From: Bacilli bacterium
Lineage (GTDB): Bacteria > Bacillota_I > Bacilli_A > RF39 > UBA660
Assembly (NCBI GenBank): GCA_017433415.1
Contig: JAFRHI010000005.1
Location: 6,516-70,515 of the forward strand
Direction of reading: 5' to 3'
DNA: 64,000 nt
The position numbers and the translations under genes were made by a program. Positions 29,156 to 36,823 of this stretch are shown here, in pieces. The notes below the pieces were generated by a model. The model was not told the origin of the DNA and did no database searches. It saw only the letters and a list, made by a program, of their open reading frames with translations. Position 1 is the first letter of the stretch. Every line of letters starts with the position of its first letter.

Positions 29156-30490
29156 ATGTATCCTGGAGAAAATGATGAAGTAGTTCAATTATACTTAGAT
29201 GATATAATTCCAAATAGATTTCAACCACGTGAAGTGTTTGATGAAAAAGCTCTAAAAGAGCTAGCAGTCTCTATTAAAGAACATGGAGTTATTCAACCAA
29301 TAATAGTTCGAAAAGTAAATGAAAAATATGAAATAATAGCCGGAGAAAGAAGGTATAAAGCTTCCGCTCTAGCAGGACTTACAAAGATACCAGCTATTAT
29401 TAGAGATTTAGATGATAAAGAAAGTTCAAAAGTGGCCCTACTTGAAAATCTTCAAAGAAAAAATTTAAACCCAATTGAAGAAGCAAGAACATATCAAAAA
29501 ATATTAGAAATAGATCAAATGACTCAAGAACAACTTGCTAGAACTATGGGTAAAAGTCAATCAGCTGTTGCAAATAAAATAAGATTACTTTCATTACCTG
29601 AGGAAATACAAGAGGCTTTATTAAAAGAAGAAATATCAGAAAGACATGCTAGAACGTTACTAAATATACCAGATGCCAAAAAACAAAAAGAAATGTTAAA
29701 AAAAGTAATAGATAATAAAATGAGTGTTAAAAATTTAGAAGATGAAATCAAAAGTTTATATCCAAAAGGAGAGTCTCAAACAGTGACAGCACCAGTAAAA
29801 GAAGAAGTAATTGCAACCGCTAGTGATTTTGTTAATAGTAATCCATTAATCCCAACTGCAGAAATACCAGAAGAAACATCAAATTATGGAAAAGTTGTTA
29901 TAGCTCCTCCAGAAGGAGAATCTATGCCAACAGGTAAATACATAAATTATGGTGAAATAGAGAAAGATGAAGAAAAAGAAATAGACAACTCACTTAATAT
30001 TCCAACACAAGTACCTTCAGTAGATATTAATGCCATAAAAGAAAATGCAACAGATATTAATACTGCACCAGGTAATGAAGCAGCCTTAGACAACTTATTA
30101 AATTTAAATTTAAATAATGTTGGAACGAGCAATGATTATATTACTCCGGGTGAAAAAATTGTAAAAACAGATACAGCAGAGTTAGATGATGAACAATCTG
30201 ATTATTTCCAAACACCAGATTTATCATCACTACAAGTTGCTTCACCGGTAATACCAACCTCAACAACTCCTGAAACATCAAGCATTTTTGAATTAGAAGC
30301 AACACCACAAGGATTACCAGAAAGTGATTCAAGTACTCCAGCACCTTCTAAAGATACAATAACTGTTGCAGTTGATAAGATAAGAATTCTAGCAGAAGAA
30401 TTAAAATCATCAGGATTAGGTGTTACTCTAGATGAAATGGATTTTGATAATACATATCAAATAATTATCAAAATAGATAAAGAAAGTTAA
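29156..30490 (+). CDS. noc: ParB-family protein, Noc-like, with a long disordered insertion
   Basis: ATG 29156 follows the RBS AGAGAGGTGA. The sequence has a ParB N-domain (IIPNRFQPR, IIAGERRYKAS, ENLQRKNL). The HTH segment MGKSQSAVANKIRLLSLP resembles B. subtilis Noc (GQSTIANKLRLL, from memory). The C-terminus DTITVAVDKIRILAEELKSSGLGVTLDEMDFDNTYQIIIKIDK resembles the Noc C-terminus. The gene sits in the rsmG-noc-soj-spo0J position. Confidence 0.7.
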   Translation: MYPGENDEVVQLYLDDIIPNRFQPREVFDEKALKELAVSIKEHGVIQPIIVRKVNEKYEIIAGERRYKASALAGLTKIPAIIRDLDDKESSKVALLENLQRKNLNPIEEARTYQKILEIDQMTQEQLARTMGKSQSAVANKIRLLSLPEEIQEALLKEEISERHARTLLNIPDAKKQKEMLKKVIDNKMSVKNLEDEIKSLYPKGESQTVTAPVKEEVIATASDFVNSNPLIPTAEIPEETSNYGKVVIAPPEGESMPTGKYINYGEIEKDEEKEIDNSLNIPTQVPSVDINAIKENATDINTAPGNEAALDNLLNLNLNNVGTSNDYITPGEKIVKTDTAELDDEQSDYFQTPDLSSLQVASPVIPTSTTPETSSIFELEATPQGLPESDSSTPAPSKDTITVAVDKIRILAEELKSSGLGVTLDEMDFDNTYQIIIKIDKES

Positions 30491-30518
30491 AAGAAGATAA
30501 AAATATCTTCTTTTTTTT
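30491..30518 (+). terminator. intrinsic terminator after the noc-like gene
   Basis: AAGAAGATA-aaaa-TATCTTCTT followed by a T-run. Confidence 0.75.
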
Positions 30519-30584
30519 CCAAAAGCATTTAAAAAAAATATAATATTTGATACAATATATTAGTAAATGAAAATGGGTGATTAG

Positions 30585-31373
30585 ATGGGAAAGATTATAT
30601 CATTAGTTAATCAAAAAGGCGGAGTAGGAAAGACCACAACCAGTATCAATCTTTCTGCGTCACTAGCTGAGTTAGGAAAAAGAGTTTTATTGATAGATTT
30701 AGATCCTCAAGGAAATACAACTACCGGAGTAGGAATAAATAAAGGTGAAATAGATAAAAGCATGTATGAAGTTTTAATAGGTGAAGCAAAAATAACAGAT
30801 GCTATGATTAAAACCAAATATAAAAATCTATATGTTTTGCCGGCGTCAATTAATTTAGCTGGATTAGATAATGAATTTAATGAAAAAAGCCACACCGAAA
30901 AGGGCTTTCAAAGAGGAGAACAACTAAAGAATAAAATTACAGATATTAAAGATAGTTTTGATTTTATAATAATTGATTGTCCACCATCGTTAGGAATAAT
31001 TACAACAAACGCATTAACTGCTTCAAATTCTGTTATCATTCCAGTGCAATGCGAATTTTTTGCCCTAGAAGGAATAACTCAATTATTAAAAACTATTATG
31101 ATAGCTCAAAAAAGATTAAATCCAACACTAGATATCGAAGGAGTACTTCTAACAATGCTTGACTCCAGAACAAATTTGGGATTCGAAGTAGTAGAAGATA
31201 TTCGTAAATTTTTTAAAGAAAAAGTATATAACACCATAATCCCAAGATTAGTAAGATTAACAGAAGCACCATCGCACGGTGAACCAATAATAGTATATGA
31301 TCCAAAAAGTAGAGGGTCTGAAGCTTACTTAAACTTAGCAAAGGAAGTGATTGAAAGAAATGGAAACAATTAA
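30585..31373 (+). CDS. soj: chromosome partitioning ATPase Soj/ParA
   Basis: 262 aa with the deviant Walker A NQKGGVGKTTT and DCPPSLG. Confidence 0.95.
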   Translation: MGKIISLVNQKGGVGKTTTSINLSASLAELGKRVLLIDLDPQGNTTTGVGINKGEIDKSMYEVLIGEAKITDAMIKTKYKNLYVLPASINLAGLDNEFNEKSHTEKGFQRGEQLKNKITDIKDSFDFIIIDCPPSLGIITTNALTASNSVIIPVQCEFFALEGITQLLKTIMIAQKRLNPTLDIEGVLLTMLDSRTNLGFEVVEDIRKFFKEKVYNTIIPRLVRLTEAPSHGEPIIVYDPKSRGSEAYLNLAKEVIERNGNN

Positions 31374-32265
31374 TCAAACAGAAAGCGGAATTCCAAAAAG
31401 AAGAGCTTTAGGACGAGGACTAGAAGAATTATTTAATAGTGAAGTACTAGACTATAATTCTGTCGAAGAAAAAATAGTAAATGATACTCCAAAAGAAGAA
31501 ATCACTATGGTAAAAATAAGTGATTTAAGAAGTAATCCATACCAACCAAGAAAAAATTTTGATGAGGAAGCTCTAAAAGAATTAGCAGCCTCAATAAAAG
31601 AACATGGTGTCTTTCAACCAATTATTGTAAAAAAATCAATAAAAGGATATGAAATAATAGCTGGAGAAAGAAGAGTTAAAGCATCTGAAATGGCTGGAAA
31701 AGAAGAAATACCAGCTATTATTAGAGACTTTAATGATACTCAAATGATGGAAATAGCTCTTTTAGAAAATTTGCAAAGAGAAGATTTAAGCGCTATTGAA
31801 GAAGCAAATGCTTATAAAAAACTTCAAGAAACATTATCATTAACTCAAGAAGAATTAGCAAAAAGATTGGGTAAGAGTAGAAGCCACATCACAAATATGC
31901 TTGGTCTACTTACATTACCACCAGAAGTTCAACTAGCAGTAAATAATAAAGAATTATCAATGGGTCATGCTAGAGTATTGAGTAAATTAGAAAATCCAGA
32001 AGAGCAATTACAATTAGCATATAAAATTATATCTGAAGGAATGAGCGTTAGAGGAATTGAAGAATTAACAAGCAATCCAACAATAATCAAAGCAAATCCT
32101 CAAAAAGCAAGAACAAAAAAAGATAATGAATATAGTTATTTAGAAAGTGAATTAAGTGAGAAATTAGGCACAAAAGTAACAATAAGAAAAAATAAAATAG
32201 AAATTAGATTTGTAAATAGTAATGACTTAAACAGATTACTAGAATATATGAATATAGAGGTTTAA
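31360..32265 (+). CDS. spo0J: chromosome partitioning protein ParB/Spo0J
   Basis: Carries the N-terminal ParA-interaction peptide (RALGRGLEELF), the CTP-binding patch IIAGERRVKAS, ENLQRE and the HTH LGKSRSHITNMLGLLTLP. The HTH resembles B. subtilis Spo0J (SRPHIANHLRLL, from memory). I prefer ATG 31360 to the TTG at 31351. Confidence 0.9.
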   Translation: METINQTESGIPKRRALGRGLEELFNSEVLDYNSVEEKIVNDTPKEEITMVKISDLRSNPYQPRKNFDEEALKELAASIKEHGVFQPIIVKKSIKGYEIIAGERRVKASEMAGKEEIPAIIRDFNDTQMMEIALLENLQREDLSAIEEANAYKKLQETLSLTQEELAKRLGKSRSHITNMLGLLTLPPEVQLAVNNKELSMGHARVLSKLENPEEQLQLAYKIISEGMSVRGIEELTSNPTIIKANPQKARTKKDNEYSYLESELSEKLGTKVTIRKNKIEIRFVNSNDLNRLLEYMNIEV

Positions 32266-32266
32266 A

Positions 32267-33079
32267 ATGTTAAATATATTTAAATTTCAAATAGATATAA
32301 AATTGATTATTTTGCCCATTATCTATATAGTAATAGGGGTAATTGCTTTTAAATTTTTGAAAAGAATAATCAAAAGAAGCACTCAAAGAAAAACGATATT
32401 AAAGGCAAGTCAAAAACAAAGAATTGATACTTTAGTAGGATTAATAATTAATTTAATAAAATATCTTACTGTAATATTAGTAATCTTAGCAATTTTATCG
32501 GTTTATGGAATCAATATTAAATCAATTTTAGCGGGCTTAGGAATAGGAACAGCAATTATTGGTTTAGCCTTTCAGGATTTAGCAAAAGATTTAATTGCTG
32601 GTTTTTCAATAATTACAGAAGGAGAATATGAAATAGGGGATACAATTGAAATTGATGGATTCATGGGGGAAGTTGTTTTCATAGGTTTAAGAACAACAAG
32701 AATTAGAAATTTTAAAGGAGCAACAAAAATAATTGCCAATCATTACATGGATAATATCATCAATTATAGTAATAATAATTCCCTAGCTGTTGTTGATGTT
32801 TCAATAGCATATGAATGTGCAGAAGAAAAAATAGAAAAGGCTTTTGAAAACTTATTTAAAAAGCTAAATGGAAATGTACCATTTGCGAAAAAAGATTTAG
32901 AACTATGGGGAGTTAATGAATTGGCTGATTCAGCGGTTGTATATAGAGTTGTTGTTGAAACAGAACCAATGAAACAATTTGTAGTTGAGAGATATCTTCG
33001 TAAAGAAATAAAAAAAGAATTTGATCAAGAAAACATAAAAATACCATATCAACAAATAGAGGTGCATAATGGAAAATAA
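32267..33079 (+). CDS. mechanosensitive ion channel, MscS family
   Basis: 270 aa with three N-terminal TM helices followed by the MscS beta-domain (GDTIEIDGFMGEVVFIGLRTTRIRN). Confidence 0.85.
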   Translation: MLNIFKFQIDIKLIILPIIYIVIGVIAFKFLKRIIKRSTQRKTILKASQKQRIDTLVGLIINLIKYLTVILVILAILSVYGINIKSILAGLGIGTAIIGLAFQDLAKDLIAGFSIITEGEYEIGDTIEIDGFMGEVVFIGLRTTRIRNFKGATKIIANHYMDNIINYSNNNSLAVVDVSIAYECAEEKIEKAFENLFKKLNGNVPFAKKDLELWGVNELADSAVVYRVVVETEPMKQFVVERYLRKEIKKEFDQENIKIPYQQIEVHNGK

Positions 33080-33254
33080 TAATTATGGCTTAGGAACAAT
33101 AGTAATCATGAAAAAACAACATCCATGCGGTACCAATGAATGGGAAATTGTACGTGTGGGAGCTGACATAAAAATAAAATGTTTAAACTGTGGAAGGACT
33201 GTCTTAATTCCCAGAGTAGAATTTAATAAAAAACTAAAAAAGATCAAATCATAG
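33069..33254 (+). CDS. DUF951 family protein (YyzM-like)
   Basis: 61 aa with the zinc-ribbon-like pattern HPCG...CLNCGR. The same small gene sits near ychF and spo0J in Bacillus. Confidence 0.7.
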   Translation: MENNNYGLGTIVIMKKQHPCGTNEWEIVRVGADIKIKCLNCGRTVLIPRVEFNKKLKKIKS

Positions 33255-33265
33255 AAAGGAAAAAT

Positions 33266-34858
33266 ATGAGAGATAAAAGAAAATTAAAACTAAAGAAATT
33301 TTATTTTCACCCAATAACAGTTTTCATATTTTTAATATTTTTAACTGTAATACTTAGCGGGATATTTTCAGCGTTTCAAATGCAAGCTACATATAATGTA
33401 GTTAACCCGAATACAAAGGAATTAGAGCCCGTACTTATAACAGTAGAAAACATGTTATCATTTGATGGATTAAAATTTATTATTAGTAACGCCGCTAAAA
33501 ACTTTTTGAGTTTTGGACCATTGGGAATGTTATTGTTATCTCTAATTGGTTTAACAATTGCTGAAGGAACAGGTTTTATAGAGGCATTTACAAAAAGACA
33601 TATAAGTAAATTATCAAAAAACACCTTAACTTTTATTATTATATTTTTAGCTACCATATCATCATTAATAAATGAGGTTGGATATGCTATTTTAATACCA
33701 TTAGCAGCTTTAGTATATTTCATAAATAATAGAAATCCAATTCTTGGTATTATAACAGCTTTTTGTGGTGTTTCGTTTGGCTATGGTGTATCTATATTTG
33801 TTGGTTCAATGGAAGTTTCACTAATGAACTACACAAGTAAAGCAGCATTATTGGTGTCTTCTACTCACATTGCACTTACGTCAAATTTAATATTTATAAT
33901 TGTTGCTTCAATTGTTCTATCAATAGTAGGAACTATAATCATTGAAAAAATAATTGGACCTAATCTTGGTAAATACAAAAGAGAAGATGAATTTTCAAAG
34001 ACTGAACAATATCATCCAATAACAATAGAGGAAGCTGAACAGCAACAATTGGAAAAAGAAAAATATGAGAAAAAAGGTTTAAAATCCGCTTTAATAATGG
34101 CAATAATCGTATTATTAATATTTGTGTATTCATTAATACCTAATTTACCTTTTTCAGGAATGCTTTTAGATATGAAAGAGACAACTTATTTAAAGCAATT
34201 GTTTGGCGATAATTCATATTTTCAAGATGGTTTCACATACCTAGTAGCATTAGTGTTTATATTATCAGGTATTGCCTATGGAGTAAGTAGTAAATCAATT
34301 AAGAATGATAAAGAAATAATTGAAAATGCTAGTAAAAAATTTGGAAATATCGGAAGTGTTTTAATATTACTTTTTGTAGTTTCCCAGTTTATTGCGGTTT
34401 TCAGAAATAGTAATATCGGTATGATAATAACTGCTTGGCTAGCATCATTACTTGAACATATTGAATTGAGAGGAATTGTTTTAATCCTTATCACAATGCT
34501 TTTAATTGCTATATCAAACTTCTTACTTACTTCACCAGCAAGCAAATGGATGATTTTTTCACCAGTAGTAGTACCAATGTTTATGCAATCAAATATTACA
34601 CCACAATTTGCTCAGATAGTTATGCGTGCTGCAGATTCAATGACAAAAGGATATACACCTTTATTAGCATCTTTTGCTATTTATATTGGTTATTTAAATA
34701 TGTATAATCTTCAAAAAGACAAACCCTTTACTATTAAGAATTCATTAAAATTAATTTCTCCATATTTTTTAATTATTTCAATAACATGGATTTTACTAGT
34801 AGTTGGATGGTATATAATTGGATTACCAATAGGACCAGGTGTAATGCCAACAATATAA
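33266..34858 (+). CDS. AbgT family transporter
   Basis: 530-aa polytopic membrane protein. VENMLSFDGLKFIISNAAKNFLSFGPLGMLL and the C-terminal WYIIGLPIGPGVMP match E. coli AbgT segments recalled from memory (VKNLLSVEGLHWFLPNVIKNFSGFAPLGAIL, WYLVGLPIGPGIYP). Confidence 0.8.
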   Translation: MRDKRKLKLKKFYFHPITVFIFLIFLTVILSGIFSAFQMQATYNVVNPNTKELEPVLITVENMLSFDGLKFIISNAAKNFLSFGPLGMLLLSLIGLTIAEGTGFIEAFTKRHISKLSKNTLTFIIIFLATISSLINEVGYAILIPLAALVYFINNRNPILGIITAFCGVSFGYGVSIFVGSMEVSLMNYTSKAALLVSSTHIALTSNLIFIIVASIVLSIVGTIIIEKIIGPNLGKYKREDEFSKTEQYHPITIEEAEQQQLEKEKYEKKGLKSALIMAIIVLLIFVYSLIPNLPFSGMLLDMKETTYLKQLFGDNSYFQDGFTYLVALVFILSGIAYGVSSKSIKNDKEIIENASKKFGNIGSVLILLFVVSQFIAVFRNSNIGMIITAWLASLLEHIELRGIVLILITMLLIAISNFLLTSPASKWMIFSPVVVPMFMQSNITPQFAQIVMRAADSMTKGYTPLLASFAIYIGYLNMYNLQKDKPFTIKNSLKLISPYFLIISITWILLVVGWYIIGLPIGPGVMPTI

Positions 34859-34882
34859 AAATGCTCATATGAGCATTTTTTT
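34857..34882. terminator. bidirectional terminator between abgT-like and araC-like genes
   Basis: The palindrome ATGCTCAT/ATGAGCAT is flanked by an A-run and a T-run. Confidence 0.7.
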
Positions 34883-35348
34883 ATTTAAAAATAGATAAAA
34901 CTTTAGTTTTTGTTTCAGGTTCTAAATTCTTCATATATTTATCAACAATTTTCAATTTTTGCTGAATAGAATCAATATTTTTACTTATAGTATTTGCCGT
35001 TTTGAGTGACAAATTAATATCTCTAAGAATAAATTTTCGACAAATAGAAGGTGAACAACCTATATACTTTTTAAATATTTCCGAATAATATTCTTGAGAA
35101 TAAAAACCAGAAAGAATAGATATTTTAAGGAGAGAACAATCACCATCAGCTAATAAATTAATAGAAGAATATACTTTTTTAATATTTATATATTCAACAA
35201 TAGTTATTCCTAATTCACGTTTAAATAAACGCATAATATAATCACGATTATAGTGAAAAAATTTTTCCAATTCACTAATACTGATTTTTTTATATAGATT
35301 TTTATTTATATAAGTTAATATATCTACCACTAATTTATTAGAAAACAT
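34881..35348 (-). CDS. AraC-family helix-turn-helix transcription regulator (DNA-binding domain only)
   Basis: 155 aa with the tandem HTH pattern (ISISELEKFFHYNRDYIMRLFKRELGITIVEYIN ... SGFYSQEYYSEIFKKYIGCSP) typical of AraC/XylS. Confidence 0.8.
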   Translation of the reverse strand: MFSNKLVVDILTYINKNLYKKISISELEKFFHYNRDYIMRLFKRELGITIVEYINIKKVYSSINLLADGDCSLLKISILSGFYSQEYYSEIFKKYIGCSPSICRKFILRDINLSLKTANTISKNIDSIQQKLKIVDKYMKNLEPETKTKVLSIFK

Positions 35349-35381
35349 AAACTCACCACTGCTATTATATCATAAGTCGTT

Positions 35382-35397
35382 ATTGTTTAAAAACAAT
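35382..35397. promoter_or_regulatory. 16-bp perfect palindrome in the divergent araC / virD4-like spacer (candidate operator)
   Basis: ATTGTTTAAAAACAAT lies 34 bp from the araC-like start and 41 bp from the virD4-like start. Confidence 0.25.
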
Positions 35398-35437
35398 TTA
35401 AAAATAGTGTTAAAATAATCGTGAAAGGAGGAAAAAT

Positions 35438-36784
35438 ATGGGTTATGGAAGATGGTCCACTAAGGACGAACTAATAAGTAAACTAGATGGAATAACATAT
35501 GAAACAAAAATTGATAAGGGAGGAATACCAATAACTTATGATGATAATAAACTATATATTGATAGTAGTGAAAGTCATACATTGGTTATCGGTTCAACAG
35601 GAAGTGGTAAAACACAAGCAGTAATTCTACCATCTTTAAATTTAGCTTTAAAAGCAGGAGAATCAGTACTAATAAATGATCCCAAAGGAGAAATTTATAA
35701 AAATGTATCTACTAAATTAGAACAAGAAAATTATAAAACAATAATATTAGATTTCTCTGATCCAAATTGTGGTAATAACTGGAATCCATTATTCTTACCA
35801 TACAAACTATTTAAAAGTGGAAATCAAGATGCCGCGCTAAAAATAGTAGAGGAAATGGGTTATTATTTATTTACAGAGGAAAAATCACAGGCTGTAGATC
35901 CATTTTGGATTAATTCAGTAAGAAATTATTTTACTGGATTAGTTATGTATCTATTTGAACATGCTAAAGAAGAGGAAGTAAATTTAAAGAGTATAGAAGC
36001 CTTAAATAGTAAATTAGAAGATGAAGAATATGCTTCTAAATTGCTAGAAAATGCTAATAAAATAGTTTACTTAAATTTGAAAGGAATTCTTAAGTCACCA
36101 AAAGAAACAAAAGGAAGTATATTATCTGTTTTTTATCAACAATTAGCAAAATACTTAACTAAAGAAAAATTAAGTAATATGTTAATGAAAAGCGATTTCG
36201 ACATTACAAGCGTTCAAAAAGAAAAAACAGCCATTTTTGTAGTTAGTCATGGCGTAGATAGCAGTGAAAATCTAATACCTTTATTATTTAATCAAATAGT
36301 AGATGCAACAGTATTATTCCAAGCAGAAGACAAGAGATTAAACGTTTTCTTAGATGAATTTGATAGATTAGTTCCCATCAAAGATTTTGAGCATATGATT
36401 GCCTTTTGTCGCTCAGAAAAAATTAAAGTAACCGTATGCATTCAAAGTTTTGCTCATTTACAAAATATGTATAGCAAAGAAGAAGTAGAATTATTGAAAA
36501 TGTGCTTTGGAAATATAATTTACTTATTATCACAAGATATATATACTCTAGAAGAAATTGTAAAATACTGTGGAAATAAAGAAGAAAACGGCAAAATATT
36601 ACCGCTTATTACAGTAGAAGAATTAAAAACTTTAAAACCGTTTGAAGCAATAATTCTTATGCCACGCATGATGCCAAGCCGTACAAAAATGCTTCCAAGC
36701 TATGAAATTGATTGGGGATATAAATCTGAAGCAAAAGAGTTGCCAAAAAGAAACCCTGTCGAAGAAAAAATCTATAATGCATAA
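35438..36784 (+). CDS. type IV secretion coupling-protein-like ATPase (TraG/VirD4/TraD family), soluble and orphan
   Basis: 448 aa. HTLVIGSTGSGKTQAVILPSL...SVLINDPKGEIYK...NWNPL is the characteristic T4SS-DNA_transf N-terminal pattern. Walker B is VFLDEFDRL. No N-terminal TM helices are present. Confidence 0.7.
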   Translation: MGYGRWSTKDELISKLDGITYETKIDKGGIPITYDDNKLYIDSSESHTLVIGSTGSGKTQAVILPSLNLALKAGESVLINDPKGEIYKNVSTKLEQENYKTIILDFSDPNCGNNWNPLFLPYKLFKSGNQDAALKIVEEMGYYLFTEEKSQAVDPFWINSVRNYFTGLVMYLFEHAKEEEVNLKSIEALNSKLEDEEYASKLLENANKIVYLNLKGILKSPKETKGSILSVFYQQLAKYLTKEKLSNMLMKSDFDITSVQKEKTAIFVVSHGVDSSENLIPLLFNQIVDATVLFQAEDKRLNVFLDEFDRLVPIKDFEHMIAFCRSEKIKVTVCIQSFAHLQNMYSKEEVELLKMCFGNIIYLLSQDIYTLEEIVKYCGNKEENGKILPLITVEELKTLKPFEAIILMPRMMPSRTKMLPSYEIDWGYKSEAKELPKRNPVEEKIYNA

Positions 36785-36792
36785 TAATGCAT

Positions 36793-36822
36793 AAAAAAAG
36801 CTATTAATTAATAGCTTTTTTA
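36793..36822. terminator. bidirectional terminator between virD4-like and cofE-like genes
   Basis: The palindrome AGCTATTAA/TTAATAGCT is flanked by A7 and T6. Confidence 0.75.
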
Positions 36823-36823
36823 T

